This document shows, one piece after another, positions 36,260-46,929 of a DNA stretch of 47,804 nt (positions within the stretch are counted from its first letter, which is position 1; every line of letters begins with the position of its first letter). The notes beneath the pieces are model-generated. The model was not told the origin of the DNA, did not search any database, and saw only the letters and a list, made by a program, of their open reading frames with translations. The stretch comes from an uncultured bacterium (lineage in GTDB: Bacteria; Lernaellota; Lernaellaia; Lernaellales; Lernaellaceae): assembly GCA_964534375.1 (NCBI GenBank), contig CAZHPN010000022.1:1-47804 (forward strand), read 5' to 3'. The translations under genes and the position numbers were made by a program.

Positions 36260-39025
36260 CTAAACCAACTCAAACCAGCCGGCGAGGCGAGCGGAAAATG
36301 CGCCGGTATTGTCCGCAATGCCGCGGTGGCGAAGTTCACGCTGAAGCATCGGCTCCAGGTGGTCCCGCAGGATTTGGCGCCGTTGGGCAATATCGAATGT
36401 GGGAGCGGCGGGCGCACCGTGCATCAGCTTGTCGGCCTGTTTCTCCCACGAGGGCATCCGCGTTCCGTCCGGCCGCGTGGCCAGCGGGACCAGATAGAGC
36501 CGTTGCTCGCCCTTTGCCGTGTTGCTCTCGACCATCCACCAGGACAGCACGCCGGCGCCCTGGCCGTCGCTCTGCACGGCCACGCCCAACTCTTCGGGCG
36601 GCAGACCTCTCCAACGCTCCAAAGCCTGCTTGATGACCGGATGGTCGATGCCGAGCAGGTCCACATCATCGCGCTCGCGGGCGAGGTCACGGTTCGTCGT
36701 GAAGCGCACGATCATCTCCGCGTTCGGCCCGCGCAATTCATAGACCTCATCCGTAATCTTGACGATCTTCTGTCCCTGATCCGCGGTGGCCGCACCCAAG
36801 AACCGCACGAGTCGGTCGATGCCGGCCTCGATGTCGGCGAACGGCTTGTAATCCTCCAGGCTGAACCCCTCCAGGTCCTGGAAAAGCTCGAAGACGACCT
36901 GCCGCGCCTCCTTGGCATTCGACAGAGCCGCCTCCAACTCAAGCTGTGTCCGCTTCAATTCCGGGTCCGACAACGCATCTTGGTACAGCCGCTCGTAGCT
37001 CAGCTTCTCCGCCAACTGGCCTAGAATCTGCGAGCGCAGGTCTTCCGCGACGTTGCCCTCGTCGTCCACCTTGCCCAAGGCGGTGGCGATCTCCTTCAAT
37101 TTGTCTTCCAACAACAGGAAAATCCGGCCTTCGATGGTGTCGGAAAGCACAAGGTTATACACTTGGGCGGTATGTAGCTGTTTGTAACGATGAATACGGC
37201 CGATGCGTTGTTCAACGTCCATCGGGTTCCACGGCAAATCGAAATTGAACAGGACGCGAGCGGTCTGAAGGTTGATGCCTTCGCGGCCGGCTGCGGTGCA
37301 GACGAGCACCTTGGGGCCTTCCGGCGCTCGGAACCGGCGCTCGGCTGCGACCTTGGCGCCGTGATCGCCGCCTTTGAGCACTACTACTCCCTGGCCGGGA
37401 TAGTCCGCGTCGATTTCCCGGCCGATCAGGTCCACCGTGCCCAGGTACGTGGCGAACACGACCACCTTCTCGTTCGGGTTGATGCGCCACAAAGCCCCAA
37501 GAGCCGCGAGGAGCTTCTCGACCTTGGTTTCCCGCTCGGCTGCCGGCGTGGCGAGCAATTCTTCGATACGCTGGCGCTCCTGGGGCAAGGCCAGACTGAT
37601 CGCGGCTGCGGCAACATCCTCGGCATGAGCGGTGGCAAATTCCGACGAATAGGGGTCCGCGGCCATCTTCAGTTCGTCTTCGTCCAGCTTTTTCAGAATC
37701 TTGATCTTGGAGTCGGCCAACACGCGGTCCACCTGACCGCGCCCAATCGGGTCATCGCCAAGGCCGTACTCTTCCCGAATTAGAACACGGGCCTCATCAT
37801 AAAGAGCTTGGCGGCCGTCAATATCGAGGTCCTGGTCCCGCAAGATCGCCTCGTGCAGGGTCAGATTCAGCAGACGCCGCCTGAGTGTGCGCCGGACGGC
37901 CGCAAAGCTAGAGGCGGCGATCTTCTGGAAGATGGCCATCACGAAACCCAGGCTGCGCCCCTTGTTGCCCTGGCGCTTCGCAAGAGCAAAGCCGTCCTCC
38001 AGGTATTCCCGCAGCCGGTCGTAGAACACACGCTCGGTATCCGACATTAGGAACGATTCGGTATGCACTTGGCGGCGGGCAAACAGCGCCGAGCCGTCCG
38101 GCTTGCAGGAGTCGGCCTTGGTGCGCCGATAGACGACCGCATTGAGCCGGTGCCGGTTCTCCACCATGTCTTCGGGATGTTTGAACAGCGTCGGATTCAG
38201 AAGCTGGACCAACATCCAGAACCGGAAGTGGTCGCCCTGGTGCGGCGTCGCCGACAGCATGAGCATGTCGCGGCAATGCGACCGCAACGCCTCAGCCAGT
38301 TTGTAGTTCTCGGTCTTGGTGACTTTCCGACCGCTTCGATAGGCGGACAGGTGGTGCGCCTCGTCAAAGACGATCAGGTCCCACGGCGGCGCTTCCAGAA
38401 TTTTTCGCAGTCGGGCGGGCCGTTTGAGCGTGTCGATGCTGGCGATCAAGAAGTCATGCTTGGCAAAGGCGTTGGATCTCCGGTCGGTGACATCGCCCTC
38501 GCTGCCGAACATTTCAAAGTCGAGGTTGAAGACTTCGTTGAGTTCCAGATACCAGTTGTTCACCAGACCGGCCGGAACAACCATCATGGCCCGCTTCAAT
38601 TCGCCTCGGCTGGTCAACTCGCGCAGCAGCAGCGCCGTTTCGATGGTCTTGCCCAACCCGACTTCATCCCCAATCAGGTAACGCCGCGGCGAGGCCGTGG
38701 CGATCCGGTGCGTCAAAACCACTTGATGAGGCAGCACGTCAATCTTGGCGGCTGTCAATGCCGCCGCGCTCTCCATCAGCGGCAACGAGTGTGCTTCACA
38801 GGCCAGCCACGCTTTCCGCAGACGCTCCGCTGTGCCCTGGACGCCGGCGAGGATGCGTTCCTTGTACGGCGTCTCCCAACGGACGGAAGAAACCGGGACG
38901 ACCTTCTCGCCGACGGCGAAAAAGACGCGCACATAGCCGTCCTGCGGCTGGTCGATGATGACGCCATTGCCGAACTCGACGTGGTTGATGCGTTGACCCG
39001 GTTGGATGGTCAGAACGTCTTCCAT
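36260..39025 (-). CDS. SNF2-family SF2 helicase (BrxHII-like)
   Basis: DEVGLGKT, DEAHH, SATPH, EGINLQ and EQRIGRIHR. ATG overlaps the upstream stop. Confidence 0.92.
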   Translation of the reverse strand: MEDVLTIQPGQRINHVEFGNGVIIDQPQDGYVRVFFAVGEKVVPVSSVRWETPYKERILAGVQGTAERLRKAWLACEAHSLPLMESAAALTAAKIDVLPHQVVLTHRIATASPRRYLIGDEVGLGKTIETALLLRELTSRGELKRAMMVVPAGLVNNWYLELNEVFNLDFEMFGSEGDVTDRRSNAFAKHDFLIASIDTLKRPARLRKILEAPPWDLIVFDEAHHLSAYRSGRKVTKTENYKLAEALRSHCRDMLMLSATPHQGDHFRFWMLVQLLNPTLFKHPEDMVENRHRLNAVVYRRTKADSCKPDGSALFARRQVHTESFLMSDTERVFYDRLREYLEDGFALAKRQGNKGRSLGFVMAIFQKIAASSFAAVRRTLRRRLLNLTLHEAILRDQDLDIDGRQALYDEARVLIREEYGLGDDPIGRGQVDRVLADSKIKILKKLDEDELKMAADPYSSEFATAHAEDVAAAAISLALPQERQRIEELLATPAAERETKVEKLLAALGALWRINPNEKVVVFATYLGTVDLIGREIDADYPGQGVVVLKGGDHGAKVAAERRFRAPEGPKVLVCTAAGREGINLQTARVLFNFDLPWNPMDVEQRIGRIHRYKQLHTAQVYNLVLSDTIEGRIFLLLEDKLKEIATALGKVDDEGNVAEDLRSQILGQLAEKLSYERLYQDALSDPELKRTQLELEAALSNAKEARQVVFELFQDLEGFSLEDYKPFADIEAGIDRLVRFLGAATADQGQKIVKITDEVYELRGPNAEMIVRFTTNRDLARERDDVDLLGIDHPVIKQALERWRGLPPEELGVAVQSDGQGAGVLSWWMVESNTAKGEQRLYLVPLATRPDGTRMPSWEKQADKLMHGAPAAPTFDIAQRRQILRDHLEPMLQRELRHRGIADNTGAFSARLAGWFELV

Positions 39026-39546
39026 TAGGAAATCCTGTGCAGGTGCAGCCCGATCCAGCCGGGACCGTCGGCGTCCTGGTTCGTCGCATCGGGATTCATG
39101 ACGCGGCAAACATCCTTCTCGGCGCCGCCCCAGAGGAGTCGGCCGATCGGTAGGTCTTGATTGCGGTACGGCTGGGCGCAACGCCAGGAGTAGCATTCCG
39201 TGGGAAGGTTCATGTTGATGCGGTCGCGGCCAGAGGGAATCCAGAGTATCAGGCTCGCCTCCGATTGATATTCATACTGAAAACTCAGAATGGCGGGCTT
39301 TAGATCACGCTCCAACCACGTTTCGGCGTCTTCGGGAGTCAACGTGTCGAGGCATCCCTCCAGGCCGGCGACGATGAGCGTCGAACTCTTGTTGCTGGGC
39401 AAATCCTCCGGCCACTTCCGGGCCATCTCGAAAAAGACGCGGATGGAAACGACCTCGGAAGGGGCGGCCAAGTTCGCCAGCGTCTCGCCATCCCACAGGA
39501 GGGAAAAGCCCCGCCGCGTCCATGATTGGTCTTTTAGTAGCTGCAT
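39025..39546 (-). CDS. Hypothetical protein of the DUF499 operon (possibly degenerate ATPase-like)
   Basis: 173 aa, tightly coupled between the methylase and helicase. LIVAGLE resembles a Walker-B strand; no Walker A. Confidence 0.75.
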   Translation of the reverse strand: MQLLKDQSWTRRGFSLLWDGETLANLAAPSEVVSIRVFFEMARKWPEDLPSNKSSTLIVAGLEGCLDTLTPEDAETWLERDLKPAILSFQYEYQSEASLILWIPSGRDRINMNLPTECYSWRCAQPYRNQDLPIGRLLWGGAEKDVCRVMNPDATNQDADGPGWIGLHLHRIS

Positions 39547-39552
39547 GACGGC

Positions 39553-42500
39553 CTACTCCCCTTTGTCTCCGAATTGCATTTCCAGTTGAACAAGCTTCTC
39601 CCGGTTCGTCCGCGCCCAGGTTTGGTAGATCACCTGTGCTCGTGTCGCCGCATTCCGAATCTCATTGGTCGCGCCGCGTTTGATGTGCCATTCGAGCAGC
39701 GCCGCCAGAGCCGGGTGCGGCCGGAAATTCTCGTTCTTCAGCGTGTCGGCGGCGTTGATGCCGCTGTTTTCAAAGCACGCGCCGATCAGGAACATGGCCT
39801 GGTCGTAGTCCGCCGTCATGCCCTGGCGGCGACGACCGTGCCACGTCTGCGCGATATCTCGCGGCGAGCCGAGGTGGTAAACCTTGCCCTCCTCCCTGCA
39901 CCAGCCGCGGTCTGCGAACTCGTTAGGGGCGATGCCGGTCCCCTTGAGAAACTTTTGCATCTGGTCCCGCGGCTGTTCAGTGCAGCCCTCGAAGATGCGG
40001 AGAAACTGCCGCGTAAATGGCTCTGCGGTGACGGGCGGCGGCTGTTTGGCCTTGCCGGATTCTTCGTCGAGAAGCTGGTTGATGCCCAGGAGCGCATCGC
40101 GGACGGTAAACTCGCGGCCCTCGTCCACGTACACCTTGCCGTAGTGCCGGGAAAAATATTCCAGCGCCTTGCCGCGCTTGATGACCTGGAGATCGGCCGG
40201 GAGCAATCCTGCTTTGGCATGGTGTTCAAGGAGAGACTTCAACTGCTGAACATCATCCAGCACCTCGCGCCGCATTCGTGCCCAACTTACGGGCTTCGGT
40301 TCCTCGGTACGCTTTCGGCAAACATGGATGATGTCGTACTCGATCTGCTTGGAGCCGAATTCACCTTCGCCTTTTGTCTCGTCGCTGCGAATCGGATAAG
40401 TCGCTTCGAGGTAGAAGCCGGTGTCGAAAAGGCTCTCCAGCACGGCCACCCACGGCGCATCTTCACTATGGTGAAACGTGAAGCAGAGGAGGCCGCCCGG
40501 TTTGAGAATTCGGTGCGCCTCACGCCAGCATTGCGTAAGGAGCCGCTTGTAGAAACCGTCGGGATTTTCAGGCTCACGAGCGCGGTTGGACACGACCTCC
40601 AATGCCTTGGGCGTGTACTCTGCCGTGAAATTATCTGGGTATTGAGCTTTGAGCACCAACCGCAACCAGACGTAGAAGAAGTCCGAAAGTTCGGAGTAAT
40701 GGAGAAGACCACCAAACGGAGGATCAGTAATCACCAGATCGAACGATCCGTTAGCAAGCGAAACAAGGTCGGTCGCCGAGACACTAACAACCTCATGAGC
40801 GCTGAGGATCGGGGGGTCTCCGCACAGAACCTTTGAACTCTTGCCGGTCAGGCCATTGGCGATTGTTGGAGTCGTTGCGTCAAGCCATTCCGTGCTTACG
40901 AGTTCCCACGGGTCTTTTCGCCATTGCAACCCCTTGAAGAGCGCCTCAAACGTCGATGACCACGGCCCATAACCCATGGGACTAAACACCCCAACTTCGA
41001 TTACCGTTGACTTCGGATGAAAATTTGGATTGGAAAGCGCTGGTGCTAACTTGTCGTATGTCATGTGCCAAAATGACAGCATACATTGATTTCGCAAATA
41101 TTGCTGAAATGCACCAAGCACATATTCCCGCGCTTCCCATCGGTGTGGGGGCCCTCCCACTCGAACAATCGACCGCAGAAGCTGTGTATGCCCAAGAAGT
41201 TGGCGCGAGTTGAACATCCTCCACCAGTGCGTGAAGCCGTGATTGGGGATGCCTCCGTTGAGCAGGTGCGTCATGAAGCCGTATGGCAGCTCACTTCGTG
41301 GCCAGTAGTCTTTGAGGTCTGTTTCGTTTCGTGAGGCCCACTCGTGTACGGCGGCGTCGAACGCCGAGGTGTCGGTGGCGGGGGAGAAAAAACGGCCGCC
41401 ATACGGTCGGCTTTCACGGTCACAGGCGGGGCAGTATCCCTGGATTGCGTATGCAGCGACCGGGCCAGTTTTCCCGGAGCGTTTGACTGTTTCCAATACG
41501 TCCTGCACGGTCCCGCAGGCGCCACATGCGTAGTGTGACTTTCTTGGCACGGTCCCTTTGTTCGTCGAGAAGGTGATCTTCGTGGCCGGGCAGGTGATCT
41601 CAGCCGGCAAGGCACCGCGGACCTCAACTAAGCGCATGCTCCGAGCACGTTCACGGTTCCATGCGGTTATTGGCCCAGGACCATCCTGGGAGCTTCCACC
41701 GTAATCTTGCCCGTCGGGTCCGACTTTGGGCGAGCCTTTTAGCCAGAATGGATGGACCAGTAACGTGAGGTCGATTTTCTTGTTCTTCCCCTTGCCCAGC
41801 GACGGTTCAATCCGGTGTTTGCAATGCGGACAGACCGCTCCGCGAGTCGTATCGAGGATGGCGAAAGGCTTCTCACCGGCGGCGACCACCAAAGGAACTC
41901 CAGGAGCCATCCGTGCCTCGGCCGCCTCAATATCAAACGGCTTATGGCATCTTGGACACTCATAGTCCTCCCAGGTTTTCACAGATAGCGTCTTCACGGC
42001 CATAACGGGGCTCGACATGATCGGTGTGCGATGGCCACAGCCGGTGACTTGGCAGGGGCCATGCTTCGCCCAGAAGACATAGATGATCTCCGGCCCCTCG
42101 TAGCTGTAGTCCAGACGCTGTTCGGGCGTCAGGGTCAGGGGATCGAAGCCCTTGCCCATGACCTTGCCGGTCGAAACGTGGGTCCATTTGCCCTTGTGGC
42201 CGCGTGGGCATTCGCAGGCGTAAAACGGCATAATTTTTGGCTTGACCTCGGCCTCGATGTCGGCGAGGAGCGCCTCCACTTCTTCCTTGGTCACCTTGGC
42301 GAACTCGTTCTTGACGACGAACCAGGCGACGGGGTTTAGGTCCGTTCCCCACATCTGCATACCGAGCCGCGAGCCTTCCACCAGAGTTGTCCCGCCGCCC
42401 ATGAAAATATCGGCCACCTTCAAGCGCGAGAGGGCGCCTTTCTTCTGGTGGTTGGCGTAGTACACATCCCATACCGCCTTGGCCGCCTGCGCCGGGTCTT

Positions 42501-42780
42501 CGGGTGCTTTCATCGCGGCGGCCAGCAGCATGGCGCGGAACACGCTCGACCGGCGCCGCGCCCACCACTTCGACATCTGGTAGATCGGCTTGCCGGCGTT
42601 GCCCTCGATTTGCGCGATCTGGTTGATGGGCAGCAGCGGGAAATCCACTTCCAGACAGGTCGGCGGCCGGTTCGGGTCATTGAAATCGACCGTCTCGACG
42701 GCAACATTTTTTCCCGCGCCGACCGTATCGGCGATTTGTTGAGCGAGCGACTTCCCACCATTCTTTACTGCACGAGCCAT
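39553..42780 (-). CDS. DUF1156-type amino-DNA methyltransferase with Zn ribbons
   Basis: KWWARR, DIFMGGG (SAM binding), TDPPF (catalytic motif IV) and several CxxC pairs. Confidence 0.9.
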   Translation of the reverse strand: MARAVKNGGKSLAQQIADTVGAGKNVAVETVDFNDPNRPPTCLEVDFPLLPINQIAQIEGNAGKPIYQMSKWWARRRSSVFRAMLLAAAMKAPEDPAQAAKAVWDVYYANHQKKGALSRLKVADIFMGGGTTLVEGSRLGMQMWGTDLNPVAWFVVKNEFAKVTKEEVEALLADIEAEVKPKIMPFYACECPRGHKGKWTHVSTGKVMGKGFDPLTLTPEQRLDYSYEGPEIIYVFWAKHGPCQVTGCGHRTPIMSSPVMAVKTLSVKTWEDYECPRCHKPFDIEAAEARMAPGVPLVVAAGEKPFAILDTTRGAVCPHCKHRIEPSLGKGKNKKIDLTLLVHPFWLKGSPKVGPDGQDYGGSSQDGPGPITAWNRERARSMRLVEVRGALPAEITCPATKITFSTNKGTVPRKSHYACGACGTVQDVLETVKRSGKTGPVAAYAIQGYCPACDRESRPYGGRFFSPATDTSAFDAAVHEWASRNETDLKDYWPRSELPYGFMTHLLNGGIPNHGFTHWWRMFNSRQLLGHTQLLRSIVRVGGPPHRWEAREYVLGAFQQYLRNQCMLSFWHMTYDKLAPALSNPNFHPKSTVIEVGVFSPMGYGPWSSTFEALFKGLQWRKDPWELVSTEWLDATTPTIANGLTGKSSKVLCGDPPILSAHEVVSVSATDLVSLANGSFDLVITDPPFGGLLHYSELSDFFYVWLRLVLKAQYPDNFTAEYTPKALEVVSNRAREPENPDGFYKRLLTQCWREAHRILKPGGLLCFTFHHSEDAPWVAVLESLFDTGFYLEATYPIRSDETKGEGEFGSKQIEYDIIHVCRKRTEEPKPVSWARMRREVLDDVQQLKSLLEHHAKAGLLPADLQVIKRGKALEYFSRHYGKVYVDEGREFTVRDALLGINQLLDEESGKAKQPPPVTAEPFTRQFLRIFEGCTEQPRDQMQKFLKGTGIAPNEFADRGWCREEGKVYHLGSPRDIAQTWHGRRRQGMTADYDQAMFLIGACFENSGINAADTLKNENFRPHPALAALLEWHIKRGATNEIRNAATRAQVIYQTWARTNREKLVQLEMQFGDKGE

Positions 42781-42785
42781 TTGAA

Positions 42786-43784
42786 TCAGGACCTCTTCCG
42801 CGCCAATTCGATGAACGGCGAAATCACTTCCAGAACGGACAAGCCGCCGTGGGCCAAGGTCGGGTAGCCGCCTTGGCTTTTCCACTTCCGACGCCCGACG
42901 ACATAACGATTCTCGCCATGCCGCGAAGCGACCACGAGGTCCAGCGGCGGTACGCACGAGGAACCAGCGCCGTTGACGGCCGCATGACGACTGCTCTTGA
43001 ACATGTTCTTGAGCTGTTTGGCTTGGTCTTCGGGCGTGTCGGGAAACAGCCCGGTGGCCGCATAGCCGTGATCGGACGTGATGACGAGGCGACGGCCGGT
43101 GGTGAGGCGGTCGATCAATTGCCAGAAGTCGTCGCTGGTCAGTTGGGTAGCGGCCTCCTGGGCGAGCATCTCGACGCCCTTGCCGGCGCCGGACCATTCA
43201 TGGACCTTGTTGTCCGGCCACTGATGCCATAGGACCCACCGCGGCTCGCCGGCAATCAACCCGGCGCAATCTTTCCAGGGGACCGCGACCGTATCGGTGT
43301 GTGCCTTGGCAAGGCGATTCGTGGAAGGCGCTCCGTTGTTTTCCAGGGCACCCCGTTCACCGTAACCGAGTGCTTTGGCGAACGGGGTGGTGTCGGCGGG
43401 AAGCTCCGCCGCCATCGGCTTCGCGGTCACCAACTCGTATCCTCGCGCCTGGGCGCCGTGGATGATCCAAGGAGCCTCGCGCAATGAAAGCGCGTCGAGG
43501 ACCAGAACCGCTTTTCCGCCATCCTGGTTCTTCCACCAATCGGCCAGCGCGTCGGTCGTATGCTCCGTGCATCCTTCAAAAGTGGTCCAGAGGTCCCATC
43601 CTGCGGAGGCAAGAAACAAGTCGAGTGCGGCAATTTCACGGTCGCGCTTGCTCACCTCGCCGGCCGGATTTTTGGCTGTGATTGGCTTCGTGCAGATTTC
43701 CCAGGCGTGATTGAAAATAGTTTTCCAGGCGTCTTTCGGCTTGTTCCGGGAAAGCTTGCGGAGAAGGTCGAGAGGCAGTGCCAT
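42786..43784 (-). CDS. Short PglZ-like alkaline-phosphatase-superfamily protein
   Basis: LVLDALSLRE, LP..T, VITSDHGY and HGGLS..E motifs. Confidence 0.82.
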   Translation of the reverse strand: MALPLDLLRKLSRNKPKDAWKTIFNHAWEICTKPITAKNPAGEVSKRDREIAALDLFLASAGWDLWTTFEGCTEHTTDALADWWKNQDGGKAVLVLDALSLREAPWIIHGAQARGYELVTAKPMAAELPADTTPFAKALGYGERGALENNGAPSTNRLAKAHTDTVAVPWKDCAGLIAGEPRWVLWHQWPDNKVHEWSGAGKGVEMLAQEAATQLTSDDFWQLIDRLTTGRRLVITSDHGYAATGLFPDTPEDQAKQLKNMFKSSRHAAVNGAGSSCVPPLDLVVASRHGENRYVVGRRKWKSQGGYPTLAHGGLSVLEVISPFIELARKRS

Positions 43785-46504
43785 CAGACCTCCTCCTTTT
43801 CCAACGACAACTCGTAGGTTAGGCCGTCGGGCAGGCCCCGCAGCAGCTTTGAAAGCTGAGCGCCGGTGGCTTTGCTGATTTTCAAGTTCACGTCCCGCAC
43901 GGTAACGCCCGGTCCGATGCCCCATTGGTCCCCAGCTACGCTCATTAGGTTCAGGCCTGAATTGGGGTCCGCGTGGCAAGGTTTGACGGTCGGGGCGCTC
44001 GTTCCGGTCGGGAAAATATCAAGCCTAGTGATGGGCTTGGTCCCCGTCGCGGTTACGCCGGCAGGCGGCTGCACGGCGCCCGGTTGTCCGTTTCCGGTTT
44101 CGGCGTTGGGCGGCAGAACCACTGTGGCCGCGGGGGCGACGGATTGCGTCTGCGGCACGGCCTGCGGCGTGACGAGTGAAGTCTCGTCAAGATGTTTGCC
44201 CGTGATCTGACTGAGTTTGTTCCTCATGCGGTTGTAGGCCGCTTCTTCGGCCTCGCCAGTTTTGGCTTGCAGATACTCGGTGCCGCGAAGATTGATGGCG
44301 ATGAGTCCGCGGGCGCACAACCAGACGATCTTTTCCTTCATCAGGGTTTCGCCGAGCCATGGGATGCAGGTCTTCTGGTTGGGCCGAGGCTCCTGGAGTT
44401 CGCGGAGCAGTTTGCCAAGGGAGTCGTTGGCGACGGCCGCCTCGTTGACCATTTCTTCGAAATCTTCTTGGGCGAAAATGTTGGTCCTGATGGTTTCTTC
44501 CATGGCTTCCGGCGCTTGGCTGCCGAGCTTGGCGAGCGGTTCCGGTTGTTGGAACTGACAACGGTCGGGATGTTCGTAATCCCAGACCAGAAGCACCGTA
44601 AAGCGGTCGAAACGCTCCTTGATGATGCGGCGCAGTTCACGTTGGTATTTGGCTTTCAACTCTGTGTATTCGCGGCTCTGGATTTCCCATTCCTGGGCCT
44701 TGAGCACCGCACGGGCCAGCACGATCAAGTCCCGGTCGGCATACATATCCGTGCTATCGGCCTTGGGCAGCAGGAACCGCACAGTGTTGCGGCGATTTTG
44801 AAGATGTTCCTTCAACCAAGCGCCGAGGCGCTCGTGTAATTTGTCCGGTTCTTCCGGCAGCACGACGATCGGCAGCCGGTCCCCCCAGTTCGCGGGTCGA
44901 ACGTCGTCTTCCACATCTGTCCAGGGATCGGTGAGCCAATTGGGCGGCAGAACGATGACACAGAAGCCCCTTGGCACATCATCGCCGCCGCCGATCACGT
45001 ATCGGACTTCCTTGGCCAGTCGGCGGTGATCGCGGCCATCGGTGAACAGCCGGTCGTTGCGGGCCGACGCCATCAATTTGGCCTGGGGGTTCTCCTCCTC
45101 ACGGAAAATGAACTTGTCGCCATACTCATGGATGTTGAAACTATTTTCGATGATGGTCGCCATCTCAGCGTGAAAGGCGTTGTCATCCACAGGCGTCTTC
45201 TTGCTGATGTCGATGTGCAACGTCGCCCGGTCGGCCCCGGCGAGGTTGCCGACGGCCAGTGAACGAAGCCACAGGGCGCTGACGATCTCGGCAAGGTGCG
45301 GAACAAGCTTCTCCGCCGACGGCACGGCATCCTCGACGGCCTTCAAGTTGCGCTGGGCCTTGTCGCGTAACGCGGCGTGGTCTCGATTGGCAACCGAGTC
45401 GAGCAACGTGGCGATGCTGGTGTTCTCATCGTCAAGGCGAAAGTCTGCGGCAGTTAGGAGCGGTTCGTTAGCGCCGTGGGTTTTGAAAAGATCGGCCAGG
45501 ATGCGGATCAGGTCGCGGGTTTCCTGGGCGCTCGTTGCCACCAGAACCTGGTCCTCCAAAAGCTGCATAAGATGGGGGGCGAAGGGCCACATCTCGATGA
45601 ACTCGTCGCTGCGGCGGTCCCGGTCCGCAGGCGGAATCTCCGCCAACCGGAAGTATTCCGAGATGTGCGGCGCGATCAGGCGCGCAATATCGTCGGCCGG
45701 AATGTTCATCCGGTTTTCGAAGAGGCGGTGGAGCAGGAGCCGGCGCCGATCCTGCTCGGCGTACTTGCCTTTGAAATCAATGAGAATCGGGTTCACACGA
45801 TGAATCTGTTGGTACGCTTCGGTGTTGCCGTCACGCACAGAGACTACCAACACGAGCAGTTCGGGGTGTTCCTTGGCGATTTCCGACAGAATCTGAATAA
45901 AGTTGAAAGCCCATTGTTTCCACGGATACTGCTTGGTGTTGGTCAGGCCGTCGTACCAAGTCTGGAATTCGTCCAAGAGGAGCGCCGTGGGTTGCTTCTT
46001 GAACATTTCCAACACGAGGCTCGCCGGCATCACGTCGGACTTCTTCGAGCCGCCAGCCTCCCACTTGCCGCGGATATATTCGCCCGCCGGGTGGTTGTCC
46101 AGCAGCAGGTCCCACAGGTACCTGTATTCCTGGCGATGCAGGCTTTCGCTGATGACGTGCATTACCGGCCTTAGCGGGATAGCTGCTGCCTTATTATTGT
46201 GCAGCCGGGAGGCCCAGGATTGCAGCCACGCCTTGGTTGCGGCGGGGTCGGTCAGGGCGTGATAAAGGACGGCCAACAGGTGCGACTTGCCAAGCCCGCG
46301 GTCGCCGATCAGCACGACCGGCCGACCTTGGTCCGGCCCAATGGCCTCCACAGCCTTGAGCAGGTCGAACGACGGGTACGTGATCTCTAAAAACTCTGCG
46401 GCCGGCACCTGCGTGGCTCCGGTTTTCCTGTCGTTCTTCAACTCAATTGCGGTGCCCTTCAGGCGCTTTCCAAGGAATTCCTTCCGCAGTTTCAGTTCGA
46501 GCAT
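43784..46504 (-). CDS. DUF499-family AAA+ ATPase (BrxC-related)
   Basis: FLEITYP, Walker A GDRGLGKSH, Walker B LLLDE, and WPFAP. Confidence 0.85.
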   Translation of the reverse strand: MLELKLRKEFLGKRLKGTAIELKNDRKTGATQVPAAEFLEITYPSFDLLKAVEAIGPDQGRPVVLIGDRGLGKSHLLAVLYHALTDPAATKAWLQSWASRLHNNKAAAIPLRPVMHVISESLHRQEYRYLWDLLLDNHPAGEYIRGKWEAGGSKKSDVMPASLVLEMFKKQPTALLLDEFQTWYDGLTNTKQYPWKQWAFNFIQILSEIAKEHPELLVLVVSVRDGNTEAYQQIHRVNPILIDFKGKYAEQDRRRLLLHRLFENRMNIPADDIARLIAPHISEYFRLAEIPPADRDRRSDEFIEMWPFAPHLMQLLEDQVLVATSAQETRDLIRILADLFKTHGANEPLLTAADFRLDDENTSIATLLDSVANRDHAALRDKAQRNLKAVEDAVPSAEKLVPHLAEIVSALWLRSLAVGNLAGADRATLHIDISKKTPVDDNAFHAEMATIIENSFNIHEYGDKFIFREEENPQAKLMASARNDRLFTDGRDHRRLAKEVRYVIGGGDDVPRGFCVIVLPPNWLTDPWTDVEDDVRPANWGDRLPIVVLPEEPDKLHERLGAWLKEHLQNRRNTVRFLLPKADSTDMYADRDLIVLARAVLKAQEWEIQSREYTELKAKYQRELRRIIKERFDRFTVLLVWDYEHPDRCQFQQPEPLAKLGSQAPEAMEETIRTNIFAQEDFEEMVNEAAVANDSLGKLLRELQEPRPNQKTCIPWLGETLMKEKIVWLCARGLIAINLRGTEYLQAKTGEAEEAAYNRMRNKLSQITGKHLDETSLVTPQAVPQTQSVAPAATVVLPPNAETGNGQPGAVQPPAGVTATGTKPITRLDIFPTGTSAPTVKPCHADPNSGLNLMSVAGDQWGIGPGVTVRDVNLKISKATGAQLSKLLRGLPDGLTYELSLEKEEV

Positions 46505-46586
46505 ATCGACCTCTCCTCGTTATCGTGCGCGCGTCATCCGCCCTTCGAACACGGCGATTTCCGAATAATTCTCGAAGGATTTGGAC

Positions 46587-46615
46587 AGAATACGCGGCGG
46601 AAAGGCAGAGGTCAA
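46587..46615 (-). promoter_or_regulatory. Sigma-70 promoter for the DUF499 operon
   Basis: Minus strand TTGACC-17 nt-TATTCT, about 80 nt before ATG 46504. Confidence 0.6.
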
Positions 46616-46929
46616 TGATCACGCGAAGCACGACCTATCGAGGAGAAGCCTGCCGTGTATTGCCGCGACACGCGCTGGGTACCGTGCTGCCGCATCGGCC
46701 GTAACGAGAAGATATCGAATATGGTCGCCTACTGTCGTTTCCACTTGCTTTTGCCTTTTTTTGGCGGCGCGTTTCCGTATATGATGGGTACCAAGGCGAA
46801 AGACTATGCCGTTGGTCTAAATTGCGCAACGGCGGACGCAGCGGGGTTACGGCAAAGCTATTTTTTTTGAACGCCGCGAGGAAGCGACAGGCGACGGGTC
46901 TTTCCCGAACGCGAGGAGAGGGAGTGGTC

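Noticed and set aside
42781..43197. N-terminal extensions of the methylase ORF (likewise E1 32717-32965, JAB 33235-33489, helicase 39026-39196, PglZ-like 43785-43979)
   Set aside because: The extensions overlap upstream genes; internal ATGs coupled to upstream stops fit better.
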